Shown: positions 12,082 through 25,965 of the stretch, piece by piece
Numbering within the stretch: position 1 is the first letter of the stretch
Layout of the letters: each line of letters opens with the position of its first letter
From: Gnetum montanum
Taxonomy: Eukaryota; Plantae; Gnetophyta
DNA length: 64,000 nt
Direction: 5' to 3'
Assembly: GCA_015680685.1 (NCBI GenBank)
Contig: MNCI01002977.1
Coordinates: 62,001 to 126,000, forward strand
Position numbers and translations under genes: made by a program
The notes under the pieces: generated by a model
Databases searched by the model: none
What the model was told of the DNA's origin: nothing
The model's input: the letters and a program-made list of their open reading frames with translations, nothing else

Positions 12082-14534
12082 ATTTTGCAAAAACATTTGA
12101 GCACAACTCCGCAAATCTACTCCTAATTTTCCCCAGAGAAAGAGATAGTTCCACAAGAAAACTAGAAATAGAGCAAGATTCAATGGAAATAGACAGAAAA
12201 GAAAGGAAACCAGATTTTTGTAGACCTCAAATATTTAAACAAAGTAAAATGACACGAGTAAACACTTAGCAATAAAGCTATTCCAAATTCAATATTTACA
12301 AATTGTTCAAACTTCCAAGGCTCAAATAAGCAATTTCTTCAAGACAATCCTACTATGCTACAAAAAATTGCTGTGTAAACTACCACGTACGAGACTCCAT
12401 TTGACTAGATAATAGATATCAACAATTGCATTCAAACAAAACCTTTGAAAGACTTGATAATTTCTGATTGAAATACCATGGAAATTCACTTTAAAGATAA
12501 AAAGAAGTTATTCTGGTCCCATCAAAATACCAAAGATTTTCTGAACCCTCTTGACTACTAAATTGTTCAACAGCATGACTACAAGCAAAGGCTCTATTAC
12601 AATAATCCCAATAGCAGTTCCCACATGTTGCACAATAAAAATTATCAAAATGCTCTTAAGGCTTTTAAACACAAGCGCTTCTACGACAAAATTTTAATAG
12701 AAAACTTTCAATCGTGCAACAAGAACAATAAGAGCAATCTAAAAATCCCAAAATTACTTGTCAATGATGATACTATCTAAACCACTAGCTAAACAATTTA
12801 AACAAAAAAAAAATAAAACATAACTCACAGGACTATGACAAAGAGGCTGAAATATTTCCTTTAGCAAGCCATCTTACAAGCAATCGTCTTTACAAATCTT
12901 CTTTACAAATGCTCTTCTCAAGACCCCAAAGTGTGTCTTCAAGTGAGAGCCTAAGTGTTAGCTAATAGCTTTTCAAAGTATGATCTCCAAAAATGTGATG
13001 TATGAGACCTACCCCCAAAAAAGTCCTCCTTCTCCTTGACCCCTGAAGCCTTTTTATAGGGTTCCAAGGTAGGTAGGGAAGTTACATATTAAAAAATATC
13101 TTACCTAACTTCTCTCCCAAGTAACTTGCCCAACAAGTTAGGGAGTATTAACTTAGGAAGTTAGGAGATAAATATTTCTTTTGAAAAATAAATCCAGTAA
13201 TTTCATATTATAGCTTTAATAGCCTTTCATTTTTTACTTGTTTTAAAATTTTGAAGAATGCTTATTAAAGTTCTTAGTGATTTTATAAACAAGGTGATAA
13301 CATAATATCTACCTTGGCATAAATGTTGCTAGTACCTTAATCCTAAATAATTCATGTGCACTTTCACCCGTATGAAAATGGCTGGAAAATTTAAATTCAA
13401 AATATCAAGCCCGAATGTGAAGGTGCTAGGCCTGGAACTACCAGCAATTAATTCAAATTATCTTGCCCTGCCGAAAATTGTTACCAACAACTGCCATCAT
13501 GGGAGAAGGCTCAGCCACCGCGTTAGGAAATGTCGCCCTGTGTCCCGTAAGATTCTGCAACCGTTCTAACCTTCGCCTCTCCCAAGTGCTCTTCCAGTTT
13601 TGATGATTATACAAAAATTTTGCAAGGTGTTTTATCCTTGAACAGAGCAAATTCGTATCCGCCGCTGCCGCCATCGAAGCTGACGTTGTCGCGCTTCAAG
13701 GAGAAACTTCCGCTAGATCTGTGAAACCTGGAACTGCCACCGCCCTCGGTGTACGTGGATGAGGCATCTCTGGATCGATCAAATCCTTGGTCACACCTAG
13801 AAACCCTATCAATCCCAGATGAGGTGAAGACTTGCTGACATTCGCTTTATGTTACTTGCCCCTTTGCCCGCTGGCTGCGCCTCCCTCTACCGGATCTATG
13901 CCAAAGCCGAGGTTGTAGCCCCGCGCACGCGACAGAGGCTTCTCTTCTACTGTCGTTGATCTTCTGCCCGTCGCTGACCTTTCATCCTCCGCTGTGCATC
14001 CTCCCACTGCTGGCCATCTGTCCTCCACTTGTAGGTTCTAGAAGTATTCCTTGAGAATCTGGAGCCATTTCTGGCGATGCCGATGCCCAGGGTCACACCC
14101 AAGCCCAAGCCAATGCCAATGTCTCTAATATTTTTGCTATTTTATTCGGTTGATTCTGCAACATAAACCTTCTCATCCTTTGTTAATTAAATTTACCGAA
14201 TGAAATTCAAAACTTGTTGGTAATCCATTCATGAGATCTTCTGCACGCTTCCAACTCTTAAGTGGACCTTAATAATCCATTATCCAACATTAGCGGGAAG
14301 TATGCTTTTTATGGTAAATAATTTCATCCTTTGTTTGCTATTTCAATATTCAATAAAGGCATTTTAATCTTGATTTCCAAGAAGACCTTAACATCGAAAT
14401 TATTTACCAGTGGATGTTTCTTCAAAAATACCCATCAACTCACAATACTAAAACTACAAATTTACAACCAGGGATTGTGCCAATTTTAAATAAAATATTC
14501 CAACTGTTCCATGGAATGGCCAAATGTGCCAACA

Positions 14535-16332
14535 CTTTCTACCCTGCATTGTTGGGTTGAGCTACTTTCGCCACTACTACAACCATCATTTTAGACTTGT
14601 CCTTATCTTTCCTCGTATGTTGACTTTTAAAAGTCAAGTAAGCTGGGTCATGACTTGCCTTTGCCACCTCTTCTATGTTCTTGATTTGGACAAATGCCTG
14701 ACTCAAAATATGAGCATTCAGATAATAGAGTTTTGACTTAATGAAGTCATTCAAAGCACCTTTGAGGATTGTAAGTAAATACATTTCCAGGATGGGCTCG
14801 CGAAGTTCGTTAAGGGAAGCGCTCCATCTTTGGATGAACTTTTGTACAAGCTCCAACGATCCTTGTTTTATTTGGATTAGATTGTCTAGTATTACTTCAG
14901 GATTTAGGTTATACTTAAAATGGGTAATGAATTGACGTAACAAATCCTCTAGAGAGGATATGGAGTTACGTGGTAGAGCTCGGTACCAGTCTAAGGCTCT
15001 CCCAGTTAAGGACATGGCAAACACATGCAGGATTACATGAGGCCAGGCCTGAAGTAATAGACACTCTAATCGAAATGTCACTAAGTGAGCATTTGGATCT
15101 CCCTCTTTGTTATACTTGGTCAACTGCAGCAATGAAATTCCTTTTGGTAGAGTCAATGGTGACATTGAAGAGCTAATCGGATCATCCTGATAAAAATCCA
15201 TCACCTTGACTTCTTCAGTGTTTGCAATTTTGAGACGCTTTACCTCATTGGTCAATTCTTGCATCATTTTCTTAGCCTCTACCCATTCTTGGGCACTAGG
15301 TGGACTAACTAGTTGGTTAGATTGAGCATGATAGTAGTTAGATTGTTGTGTAGTTTTCGGGAAGGATGACTGTAAGGTTGTCGATGGTTGTACTTGGCGG
15401 ACATTCATAGATGGAATTGTGATAGGTGGTATGTTGTTATGAGCCGGTTGATATTGTTGAATCCCAGGTGTGGGCCACTGTCTAGTTACAAGTTGTGAGG
15501 AAACACCTTGAACCTGTTGAGTCGAAGTAGTGAAGTGTGTTCCTTGGATTTGCACTCATGGTATATAATGAGTAGATGTAGAAGCGGGTATCACAAATGG
15601 AATCCCAATTATTTGGGATGGGAAGGTTGCTCCTACATTAGTTTGAGAGGAGAGTTTTTGGGGTTTTACTTCTCGGAGAGGGGACAAAGTGGTGACCAGA
15701 GGAATAAGAGAGATGGATGCATTGAATTGGGTGTTGGTCGTGGGGAGAGTAGGAATGAGAGTAGGTTCTTTCTATTGAGAAACAGGTTGTTGAGTGCTTT
15801 TAAATGCATGAAGAGACATGGTCTCTCTCGTGAAAGGATGGAATAATGAGTTTGCATAAGGATGAGGACTGAGAGTGTGGTACGAATCCCCATGTTCTGA
15901 TTCAGCCGAGAAATCATCTTTCTTGTCTTCGTTTTGAGGCTCTACGGCAGGTTTCTGAAAGGCTTAATTCCTTGCCATGAGGAGCTGGGATATTAGTTCA
16001 TGGTAGGATTCAAAGAGGGGAATTACATCATATGCTGAAGGGATAAATTTATGGTCTCCCTTATATATGAGTTCGTAGTGTCATTTTTCTTCCATTTTCG
16101 TGCGATCAATGGGCAGGTTATCTTGCATCTTTAAGCATATGAAGTTTTACTATTCCAGGGTGAGAATTGTATAGGCGAAATCCTTGCCTTATAACCTAAG
16201 TGACCGACGAGTTGGTCCTTGAGGGTTCATTTCTCCAACTACGACTATGGATTCAGTTGTGGTCATAGGGTTTGGGATTCTAGCATTAAGGTTAGAAACA
16301 GGTAATGTTGCTTTGATCTGAGAAGATTCCAT
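14535..16332 (-). pseudogene. gag: gag remnant of element A, truncated by insert E
   Basis: P/Q-rich N-terminus, KYNKEGDPNAHLVTF, SLTGRALDWYRALPRNSISS (Retrotrans_gag-type); colinear with B 19916-21712. Confidence 0.9.
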
Positions 16333-16486
16333 GTGTAACTGAGCTTGAGCAAGCTAGGCATATGTAAGCTGAGCTTGAGCAAGATGAGTAGCATGTGCAA
16401 CTTTACAGTGTGTGCAACTATAGCGTAACAAGCAACGTGGCTAATAAGGGGCGTAATTAATCTCAGTGTTTTCAACGTAGCTTATA

Positions 16487-16802
16487 AGCAGCATGTGCAA
16501 GCCAGCGTGACCAAATAGCATGTGCAAGCCAGCATGACCTAGCAACATATGCAAGCCAACACGAACTAGTAGCTTGTGCAAGCTACCATGACCTAGCAGC
16601 GTATGCAAGCCAGCGTGACCAAATAGCGTGTGCAAGCCAGCGTGACCTACCAACGAGTGCAAGCCAACTTGACCAAAAAGCATGTGCAAGCTAGCGTGAC
16701 CTAGTAGCGTGTGCAAGCCAGTGTGACCTAGTAGCATGTGCAAGCCAGCGTCACCTAGCAGCAAGTGCAAGTCAACATGACCTATAAGCAGCATGTGCAA
16801 GC
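16487..16802. repeat. 30-bp tandem array in 5' UTR of A (agcatgtgcaagccagcgtgacctagc...), about 10-11 copies
   Basis: Directly visible; produces the HAGLHMLLG-repeat ORF. Confidence 0.9.
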
Positions 16803-16973
16803 ATGATCAACTTGCAACATGACTGGGTGGCCAGCGTGAGCAAGGTCAGTGTGACTAACAGGGGTTAGCGTGAGTAGCTCAACATGGGCTTTAGTTTCCA
16901 ACACTTGATCTATGCGACGTTTAATAGGAAAATGTGATCAAGGTTTTGATTAAATAGAAAATGAGTTTGGAGG

Positions 16974-16990
16974 CCCTCCTTCTAGCACCA
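16974..16990 (-). promoter_or_regulatory. Primer binding site of A (tRNA-Asn)
   Basis: Minus strand TGGTGCTAGAAGGAGGG, 5 nt from the LTR; complementary to the plant tRNA-Asn 3' end CCCUCCUUCUAGCGCCA (recalled). Confidence 0.85.
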
Positions 16991-16995
16991 ATTTC

Positions 16996-18913
16996 TATAC
17001 TATCTGAAATCGTTAGCGTAAGGCTGGAGGAAAACGAACGTCGAAAGATCTCCAAAGAGACACAGACGAGCCTACCTTCACATGAGGGAAAGCTAGAAAA
17101 TAAAGGTAGAGTGCCTTGGATGGTCTACACACAAATCAACCAAGGACTTCCTTGAGCGTATGCTATGGCCTATGCTGAGGTTATCTTCACGAAATGTAAA
17201 ACGAAGAACTTAATGCAACAAAACGTAAACATGAATATAACGTGCAAACGTAAATGCATAAACGTGCAATAAAATTGGATGACACAAACAATGAACCAGA
17301 AACAACAAAATGGAGGAAAAAAATGAAACTGTATTGTATTAATTGACGAAATGTACACTAGTCAAAACATAGTTGCGTGTCTCGATTGCAAGTCAGACGT
17401 TAAGATCCGATGTGGGGTGTTTGCAAGTGCTGGGGATCATGTGCATCTGGGCTTAGGATTACTGGTTTTTTTGCTTCAAAATTGCCAACCCTGTTTATGT
17501 CAATGAATGGGGTGTTTATGCATTTCACTAGGCTCAAGAGTAGGATTTTTGACTGAGATCAATGGCTATGAGATGAGAGAAAAATAGATCGTATGACAAG
17601 TGTACATGGGCAAACTACATTCTAGACCGGATGCACTGTATCTTATAATTGCAAGCTGGCTTACGCCCATGGAAGCAACGTAAGAGCTTGAAAAGCTCAC
17701 AGATGGTGAGGCTTACAATGAAAATTTACAATGGATTCCAAAAGGGATTGACATCAGCTCGCTCAAAACTTCGTGGTCCTTTGAATCAACTATTGCAGGA
17801 TGTCAATTTGAGTGGTTTGATAGCTATTTGAGGCATCTCTACTTCACTGGGGCTCCCAGTGTGAATTGATTTGGTCCTAGTGTGTCTTCAGCATGCATTT
17901 GTAGTGCTTTTGTCTACGCATGAATAGTACTCATGTTGGACTCATGCTGGATTCACGTTGCAGAGTGACCTGGGCATGAGCTGGGCGTGAGCAAGCTGGA
18001 ATGGTTCATTTCACACCAAATTTTCACTTTTGAGAACTGTTTTTCAAGTGTAACTACCACCTGCTCTTGGGGGAAATCTACATGCAGAGTTTGGGCCTAT
18101 TTGTGCTTGGATTTGGGCCACCTTTAGTAGCTCATGCTGGGCTCAAGCTGCCAGTGTGACCTCAGCATGACCCCAGCGTGACCTCAGTGTGACCTCAGCG
18201 TGACTAAGCTAGAATGTTGTCTTTCATGCCCGAATTTTGATTTTCTAGAGCCTGCGAACAAGTAGAAGTATTGCTTGCCCTAGGGGATTGAGTTGATGCT
18301 GAAAATTATGCTTGGGACTGCTTGATTTGATCTATTTTTATTTGGTCATGCTGGTCTCATGCTGTTAGCGTGACCCCAGCATGACCTAGGCATAAGTGAA
18401 AAAATCATGTGATTTTTAGCTTAGTTTTCAAGGTTCTAGAGGCCGTGAGCTGCAATCAACATCAGTGAAACTCGAGGGGAGTCCACATGCTTGAATTTAG
18501 ACTATTTGGACTTGGTTTTAGGGCTTTGAAAGTTGGTCAAGTTGTACTCATGTTCTACTCATGCTGGGCAGTGTGACCTTAGCGTGACCTCATCGTGAGT
18601 GGCAAGATTCATGCGATTCTAGCTTGGGTTATGGGTGCTGAAGCTTGGATTGATCATCAGTGGGCCTCGAGGGGGCCTTGCCCATTCAAATTAGGATTTT
18701 TTTGACCTGATTTGGAAGCTTTCAGGGTTGGTCACATTGAGGGAAAGTTAGCTTGATACCATGAGCAAGCTGGCTTGAACAAGTTGGATGTGGGCAAGCT
18801 TAACTAGTTGAATGTGAGTTTCATGCCTTAGTCAAATTTTTGCCTCCAAAAACTTAAGAGGATCTGAATTGTTCTCGTTTCAAATTTTTGAGCTAAAATT
18901 TTGTGGCATTTCA
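16996..18913 (-). repeat. 5' LTR of element A (1918 bp)
   Basis: Direct repeat of 1263-3153; terminal CA mutated to TA on the element strand; followed by PBS. Confidence 0.95.
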
Positions 18914-18918
18914 ATCCC

Positions 18919-19380
18919 TAGCACTTGAGCATCTGCAAACGCTTCATCCTTCATCCTGGGGCTTAATGCTTGACCTGCCATCTACACATGCAGCTATGTT
19001 TTGACCAGTGCACTTTATTCTCTAAGTCAATACAATACAGTCTTTTGCCTTCCATTGCACTATTTACATTATTCTGATTCATTGCGCTATTTACATTATC
19101 CTATTTCATTGTTTTACATTTTCATTATTCTAGTCCATTTTTACATTACATCTACACTTCGCTTACATATTCGTGTTATGTTTCTTACGATAAACCCAAC
19201 GCAAGCCGTAGCTTACACTTGGGGAAGTACTTGGTTGATTTTTGTGTAGACCATCCAAGGAACTCTACCTTCATTTTTCCAGCTTGCCCTCATGTGAAGG
19301 TAGGGTCATCTATATCTCTCTGGAGATCTTTCAGTGTTCATTTCTCCTCTAGCCTTCTGTCGACGATTTCGAATAGTACA
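18919..19380 (+). repeat. 5' LTR of element B, second part
   Basis: Resumes after TSD; ends CGATTTCGAATAGTACA, matching the LTR 3' ends of A and D. Confidence 0.9.
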
Positions 19381-19385
19381 GAGAT

Positions 19386-19402
19386 TGTCACTAGAAGGAG
19401 AG
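19386..19402 (+). promoter_or_regulatory. Degenerate PBS of B (tRNA-Asn)
   Basis: TGTCACTAGAAGGAGAG versus consensus TGGCGCTAGAAGGAGGG. Confidence 0.8.
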
Positions 19403-19717
19403 CCTTGTTTTCCATCCCCATAAAACATTGATTTTGTTATCCTTCACGTGGTGCAGATCAGGTGTAGAACGCATGCTTACCTCACTTAAACCATACCAAC
19501 CTATTTACGATTGGATTAAATCCTCGTAAAACTCTTACGTTGCTGCCAATACTATAATTTCTATGACTGCCACTAAAAACATTAAGTAAAGCATACACAT
19601 GCTGCAAAATCCAACACAACATACAACTCAACGCAGCGTACACACGTGCTACTACACATGCTACAAAATGCACATCACACACGCATGTTCAGGTTGCACT
19701 CATGGTAACATTCACCC

Positions 19718-19880
19718 CGGCTTGCTCAAGCTAGCTTGCTTATGCTTGAGTTTCTTAAGCCAGCTTGCTTACGCCTAACTTGCTCAAGCTAGCTTGCTTA
19801 TGTCCAACTTGCTCAAGCCCAACTTTCTTATGCTTGGCTTGCTAAAGCCAGCTTGCTCAAGCCCAACTTGCTTACGCTAC
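19718..19880. repeat. Tandem array (gcttgctcaagctagcttgcttatgc) in 5' UTR of B
   Basis: About 12 copies of a ~14-bp subunit. Confidence 0.8.
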
Positions 19881-19915
19881 TTACACACATCTAGCTAGTC
19901 AAGCCAGTTACACAC

Positions 19916-22900
19916 ATGGAATCTTCGCAGATCAAAGCAACATTGCCCATCTCTGACCTTAATGTCGAAATCTCAAATCCTGTGACTGCAACTGAACCCA
20001 TAGTCGTCGTTGGAGAGATAAATCCTCAAGGGTCGATTCGCCGATCACTTAGGTTATAAGACAAAGATCCCACTTATACAATTCTCATCCCAAAACAATA
20101 CAACTTCATCTGCGTAAAGATCCAAGCTAACCTACCCATTGATCGCATAGAAATGAAAGCAAAACAACATTATGAACTCATCTATAAAGGAGGCCATAAC
20201 TTTATCCCTTCAGCATATGACGTAATTCCCCTCTTTGAATCCCATCATGAACTCATATCCCAGATCCTCATGGCAAGGAATCAAACCTTGTAGCAACCCA
20301 CTGTAGAGCCTCAAAATGGAGATGAGGAAGATGATTTCGTAGCTCAATCCGAACATGCGGATTTGTACCACACTCTCAATCCTCATACTTACAAAAATCC
20401 ATTATTCCACCCTTTCATGGAAGAGACCATGCCTCTTCATGCATTTAAAAGCACTCAAGCATCTATTTCTCAATAGGAAGCTTCCATCCCCATTCCTACT
20501 TTCCCTATGACCAACACCCAATTCAAGGCGGCCACCCCTGTTATTCCTCTAGTTACTACATTACCCCCTCTTCTACAAGTACAACCCCAACAACTCTCCT
20601 CTCAAGTTAATATAGGAGTGACATTCCCACCCCAAATAATTGGGATGCCATCCGTAATACCCACTTCTACATCTACTCATTCTATACCACGAGTGCAAAT
20701 CTAAGAAATACCCTTCACTACTTCAACTCAATAGATTCAAGGTGTTTCCTCACAACTTGTAACTGGGCAGTGGCCCACACCCGGCATTCAACAACATCAA
20801 CCGGCTCATTACAGCATACCACCTGTTACAATCCCATCCATGAATGTCCCTCAAGTACAACCATCAACAACCCTATAGTCATCTTTCCCACAAATCACAC
20901 AACAATATAACCATTATCATGCTCAATCTAGCCAACTCGCTAGTCCACCTAGTGCCCAAGAATGGGTAGAGGCTAGAAAAACAATGCAAGCATTGATTGA
21001 TGAGGTAAAGCGCCTCAAAATTGCAAACACTAAAGAAGTCAAGGTGATGGATTTTTATCAGGATGATCCAATTAGCTCTTTAGTGCCACCATTAACTCTG
21101 CCAAAAGGAATTTCATGGCCACAGTTGACCAAGTATAATGAAGAGGGAGATCCAAATGCTCACCTAGTGACATTTTGATTAGAGTGTCTATTACTTCAAG
21201 CCTAGCCTCACGCAATCCTACATGTGTTTTCCATGTCCTTAACTAGAAGAGCTTTAGACTAGTACCGAGCCCTACCACGTAACTCCATATCCTCTCTAGA
21301 GGATTTGTTACATTAATTCATTGCCTGTTTTAAGTATAACCTGAAGCCTGAAGCCACGCTAGACAGTCTAATTCAAATAAAACAAGCACCATTAGAGCTC
21401 ATAAAAAAGTTCATCCAAAGATGGAGTGCTACTCTTAATGAACTTCACGAGCCTATCCTGGAAACGTATTTACTTACCATCCTCAAGAGTGCCGTGAATG
21501 ATTTCATTAAGTCAAAACTCTATTATCTGAACACTCGTACTTTGAGTTAGGCATTTGTCCAAATAAAAAACATAGAAGATGTGGCATAGACAAGTCATGA
21601 CCCAGCTTACCTAACTTTCAAAAGCCAACATACAAAGAAAGATAAAGACAAGTCTAAAGTAATAGGCGCAGCAGTGGTAGAGACATTTCGACCCAACAAT
21701 GCGGGATAGAAAGGGAAACAATCCACTGCCCCCACTGGTCATGAAAGAACCACTCCTACACCTACACCTGAACCCTCTTCTACTCAAACTGCTAACACAA
21801 GACATACTCATACCTTCAAATGAAAAGACCCTGCCCAGTACACACCCTTACCCATGAAGCCTTCACAACTACTAGACCAACTTCTAAAGGCCAGGTTGAT
21901 TCAACATAAACAAATATCCCCTGTAGCATCTCAAAGACACGACTGATACTATTAGTTGGTTAAAAACCCAATGTTGGAAATAGCTAATGAACCCCCTGTC
22001 CCAAGGGGTTTCAGGTTAGACATATTCTGTGAGTATCACCAATGATGTGGGCATGGAACCGACTATTAATTTACCCTAAAATAAGACATACAATGTATGA
22101 TTAATAGAGGTGAGATAGTCTTTGATGAAGCCAACTGAGTAAGACCTCAAAATTAGTCTATGGGGGTCTACAAAGACCCTCTTAACACCAAAGAGTTGCC
22201 CTATGTGATTAACACCATACATGTCGGCAATGAACAAGACATCCCACGAAGGCCTTTTATGATTCATGTGCCTGCTAAAATCCTTTCTTTTGCTACATAT
22301 ACATCTTCTACATCCTGAAAATTGTTCGTCATCCAAGTGCACCCTGAGGTTGCAACAGCAAACTTGCCATCGCAAACTCGACCCACTTCATTTGTAATTC
22401 GGGTGCCGAAACACTCCGATGTGAAACCCCCAATAGTTCTCCCACAACCCTCGCGACAACACCTCACTGATAAACTGACCAGAGAACGTTTGGCCAAAGA
22501 AAATCATGGTCATGAGTTAGGACCACCAAAACCCACACCACTGAATGTTGTCCCTATGGTTCCAACTACTGATTAGCCTAGCACGAGTCATCAAGACAAG
22601 AACTCGGGAATGTCCAATGTCCCGAACCTACTAGCTATAGTTAATAACGCAAAAGTTTTTTCATGAGAGATACAAATGTTGGATCAAATGGATCCAATTT
22701 CAATAGATAAAAATATTTTAAATAGCAAAGACTTGGAAAGTGCCCTAACCCAAGTTACACAGGCCTTAAAACAAAAGAACACCTCTCTAAGCCTATATGA
22801 CCTAGTAATGACCTCCCTAGTACATCGGGAAGCTCTAGTGCGTATGTTGACTTCAATTCCTGTTAGTGAAGACCTTCATGCGAATGAACCATCTATTTAC

Positions 22901-23677
22901 GTCATATTGTCTCCACATCAAGAATCGAGGTCCACATCTCTAGGATTTCATGCCAATGACATTAAACGAGATGAAAAAATAGGAGAGGTCACTACCACCC
23001 CTATGCTTATAACAATACAAGTTAACCAATTTAAGATACATAGGGTGCATGTTGATGACAGAGCAGCTACAAATGTAATACCTTTTTCTATCATTGAGTG
23101 ACTGGGCCTCATAGAACAAATGTGGCCAACAACAACATCATTTTTGAAATCTTTCAGTGGTTCCCGTGTCATGGTAAAAGGCATGGTTACCCTGTGTTTC
23201 ATAGCAGGGGACCAATTCCCCACATCGACCGAATTTGTGATCGTGGATGAAATGTTGGGGTTCAATCTAATTTTGGGATGCCCTTGGTTAGCTCAATTGA
23301 AAGCCGTATCCTCATCGATTCATCAAGAAATCCACCTACCTTATGAGGGTGGTGAAATCGTAATACACGAGGATGCGGCAACATCACTTACTTCCTCACA
23401 CGTAGGAACGAACCAAGAGTCAAAGATTGAACTCTCTGAATCTAGACAAGACACCACTAATGAAAACCTAGACATTGGTCAATCTCCAACCCATGACCTT
23501 CCTAAAATAGAGGAATCATCAGAAGAGGCAGACATAGGAGCCATTCCCATAGATGTCCCTTAGTCAGAACTACCATTTGACATATTCAGCGAAGGGGATG
23601 ACGAGTATAAGATCACACCTACAAGTCCCACCCTTCACAACAAATTACAAAAATTAAAGAAACAAACCAAAAACTAA
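19916..23677 (+). pseudogene. gag: gag-protease remnant of element B
   Basis: KYNEEGDPNAHLVTF, degenerate CxxHxxxxHxxxxC knuckle at ~22027, protease HRVHVDDRAATNV...FNLILGCPWL; many stops. Confidence 0.9.
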
Positions 23678-24185
23678 GATAAACCACCATGCGTCTGAAA
23701 TTACATTAAACTACCAAATGTTAGCAACGACGTTAAACTAGCCACGATCAAAGATGACCAGTTCTTCTAAATTCACTGAAATAGCTACGGTCTCCTCCCT
23801 TTCTTTGACAAATATCCAACAGTCCATCATGACTTTAAACTGATGAGCATGGCCCAAAATTTCCTTAAACTAGAGCACAGTACATTAATAATTTACCAAA
23901 ATCTCGCTACGGTATTCTCGTTTACATTCAGCAAATTACGATTTCCGTTTATCTTATGTTTACCGGTCATGTTTCCAGTTTGCGTTTACCTTCACAAATA
24001 AACTTGAAAAAATGAAATAAAATATATAAAATATGGTGTTAACATGGAAATAGGATGACGACATATTACACCATGATCATGGTTATATCTGTTCTCATAC
24101 ATCCCAAAAAACAACAAAACAAGCTAAAAAACTAAAGAAAAAACTGACAAAAAAATGTCAACACTGACAAGACTAACAAGCCAAA

Positions 24186-25929
24186 TCATGCACCAGCATT
24201 AGGAGGGGGCTGATCCACAAACTCCTCTATGTCATCAACTCCCATCCCATTGGGCCAGCCTCACAACCACCACGTCCCTATCACAAAAAAGAAAAAAAAA
24301 ACAACAAAATAAGTAAACACAAACAAACAGATTAAAAGAGCAAAAACACTAAGAAAAATGATGATGACTAAAGGAAATAAAACGATACAAGACTAAAACA
24401 CTCACATGTGAGCAAGGCCTGAGATTAGTTTTCAAGCATCGTAGAATCTCTTCTTTGGACACACAAGCCCAGTCTTTCTCAAGTCCAAGGTCAATATTGG
24501 CTAAGGTTTTACCTTTGTCCACTAAAGACCAGGAAGGGCGCTCAAGAGAAAACATACTTGTTGAAGCTTCCTCAGACATAGTGGTAATGGATCTCTCAGG
24601 AGACCCCTCCACTTCTGTACACTCAACAAACTTATCATAGGAAGAGCGCAAGCCTAACCCCTTGACAAACATCTCCAACCAGCGTCGTTCAATTGATTCC
24701 TCCTTCAACCACTTTTTGTATTGATGCTTATGATCCTTCTAATCCTAGTCCCATTTACGTACTTTGGATGCTTTATAATCCTTCTAATCCTATTCAATAA
24801 ATTTATTTGATCCCCTTGCTCAGCTAGATCCTGAGTTGCCTACACCTTGTTATTCAAGACTGTCCAATAGCATGCATAGGTGATCTCAGACGTACACCAG
24901 GTACTATCACTAGCCAATCTAGCAGAGGAAAAATCATAACGAGCTTGCAAGTCATTCCTTTCCTCTACTACCTTCGTCAAATTTTCTTTCAATGATTGAA
25001 ATTCATGCCATAAATGTTCAATCGAGTGCCTGGAAGCCCAAAGAGACTTGGCATTCAGAACAACACAACCCGAAACTACATCATAAATCCCTCTTAGGAT
25101 CTGCTCAATATCTTTGGGCAATTTAGGGAGACCATCAATATGGGTGGCCTTGGAAGGACTGCATTGAAGCTTTGCACCTACAAGTACAAACATCACACAT
25201 ATGAGCTAATAAGATCACTAATAGATACAATAGCATAATGAGTTCAGGCACTTGGTATAAAATACACACCTAATTCAGGATGAGCCTGTTGTAGACGAGC
25301 AACAAAATCATTGATGATGCCCGTAACAAAGTCTAATTTATTGGGCATCTTAGGCCATGACCTAAATTGACCAGTAGATGCTGAATCTAGATGGGAGGGT
25401 ACCTCAACTGGGGCCTGTAGCTCTAACACATCTTCTTGTGATGCATGTGCTTCAGGCGCTTCAACATCCACATCTAGTGTTAAGACAAGTCATGATAATC
25501 AAAACAATCTGCAAAGCTAAGAAGTACGAAATGCCAATCAAACTATAAAAACATACCAAGGAACCCTTTGCTGGTCAGCTCAGGTGGATCACCAAGGTGT
25601 AAAGACCCATCAAATAAGTTGTCAAAAACACCTTTCTCCTAGCTTGAATGCTTAAGGGCATCTAAAGCCTCAGCAAGTGTTACTTCCATGGCATCTGTTT
25701 CATCCTCTCCTCGTAAGATGGGAATATCCTCAGTTGTTTCTTATCTCATTTCCTCCTATTCATTTAGCCCAGTGATAACCATTTTGGGCTTACCCATTGG
25801 AGCTAATTCTTCCCTTTCCTTCTCAAGGGTATCCTCTATAATCACCAAAACATCTAAAGTTAGCATGACATAATAGGTACGCATACTTAAGCAAGAAAAT
25901 AAATTAAAAAAGTGTTAAAAACACTTAAA

Positions 25930-25965
<36 letters not shown>

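Larger units (their letters stand above)
9650..14534 (-). mobile_element. Insert E: different LTR-retrotransposon-derived sequence (LTR-like part plus gag-protease), spanning an assembly gap
   Basis: A-gag homology to B stops exactly at 14535. Ends read TGTTG (9650) and CAACA (14534). Minus-strand TATAAAAA near 13052-13058; protease ORF 9837-11102. Flanks CTCCT/CTTTC do not match. The left boundary is inferred. Confidence 0.6.
1263..18913 (-). mobile_element. Element A: Tat-clade LTR retrotransposon, same family as B, internally deleted/interrupted
   Basis: TG...CA ends, 5-bp TSD ATCCC at 1258-1262 and 18914-18918, paired LTRs, PBS, PPT, gag and pol remnants on the minus strand. Confidence 0.95.

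Noticed and set aside
11349-12183. Long ORFs of 247-270 aa
   Set aside because: Composed of N-gap translations.
13450-14120. GC-rich stretch in insert E as a captured host exon
   Set aside because: Only short ORFs with no recognisable motif; cannot be supported without a search.
16441-16800. His/Leu/Gly-repeat protein (119 aa)
   Set aside because: Translation of a 30-bp tandem repeat in the 5' UTR; not conserved in B, C or D.
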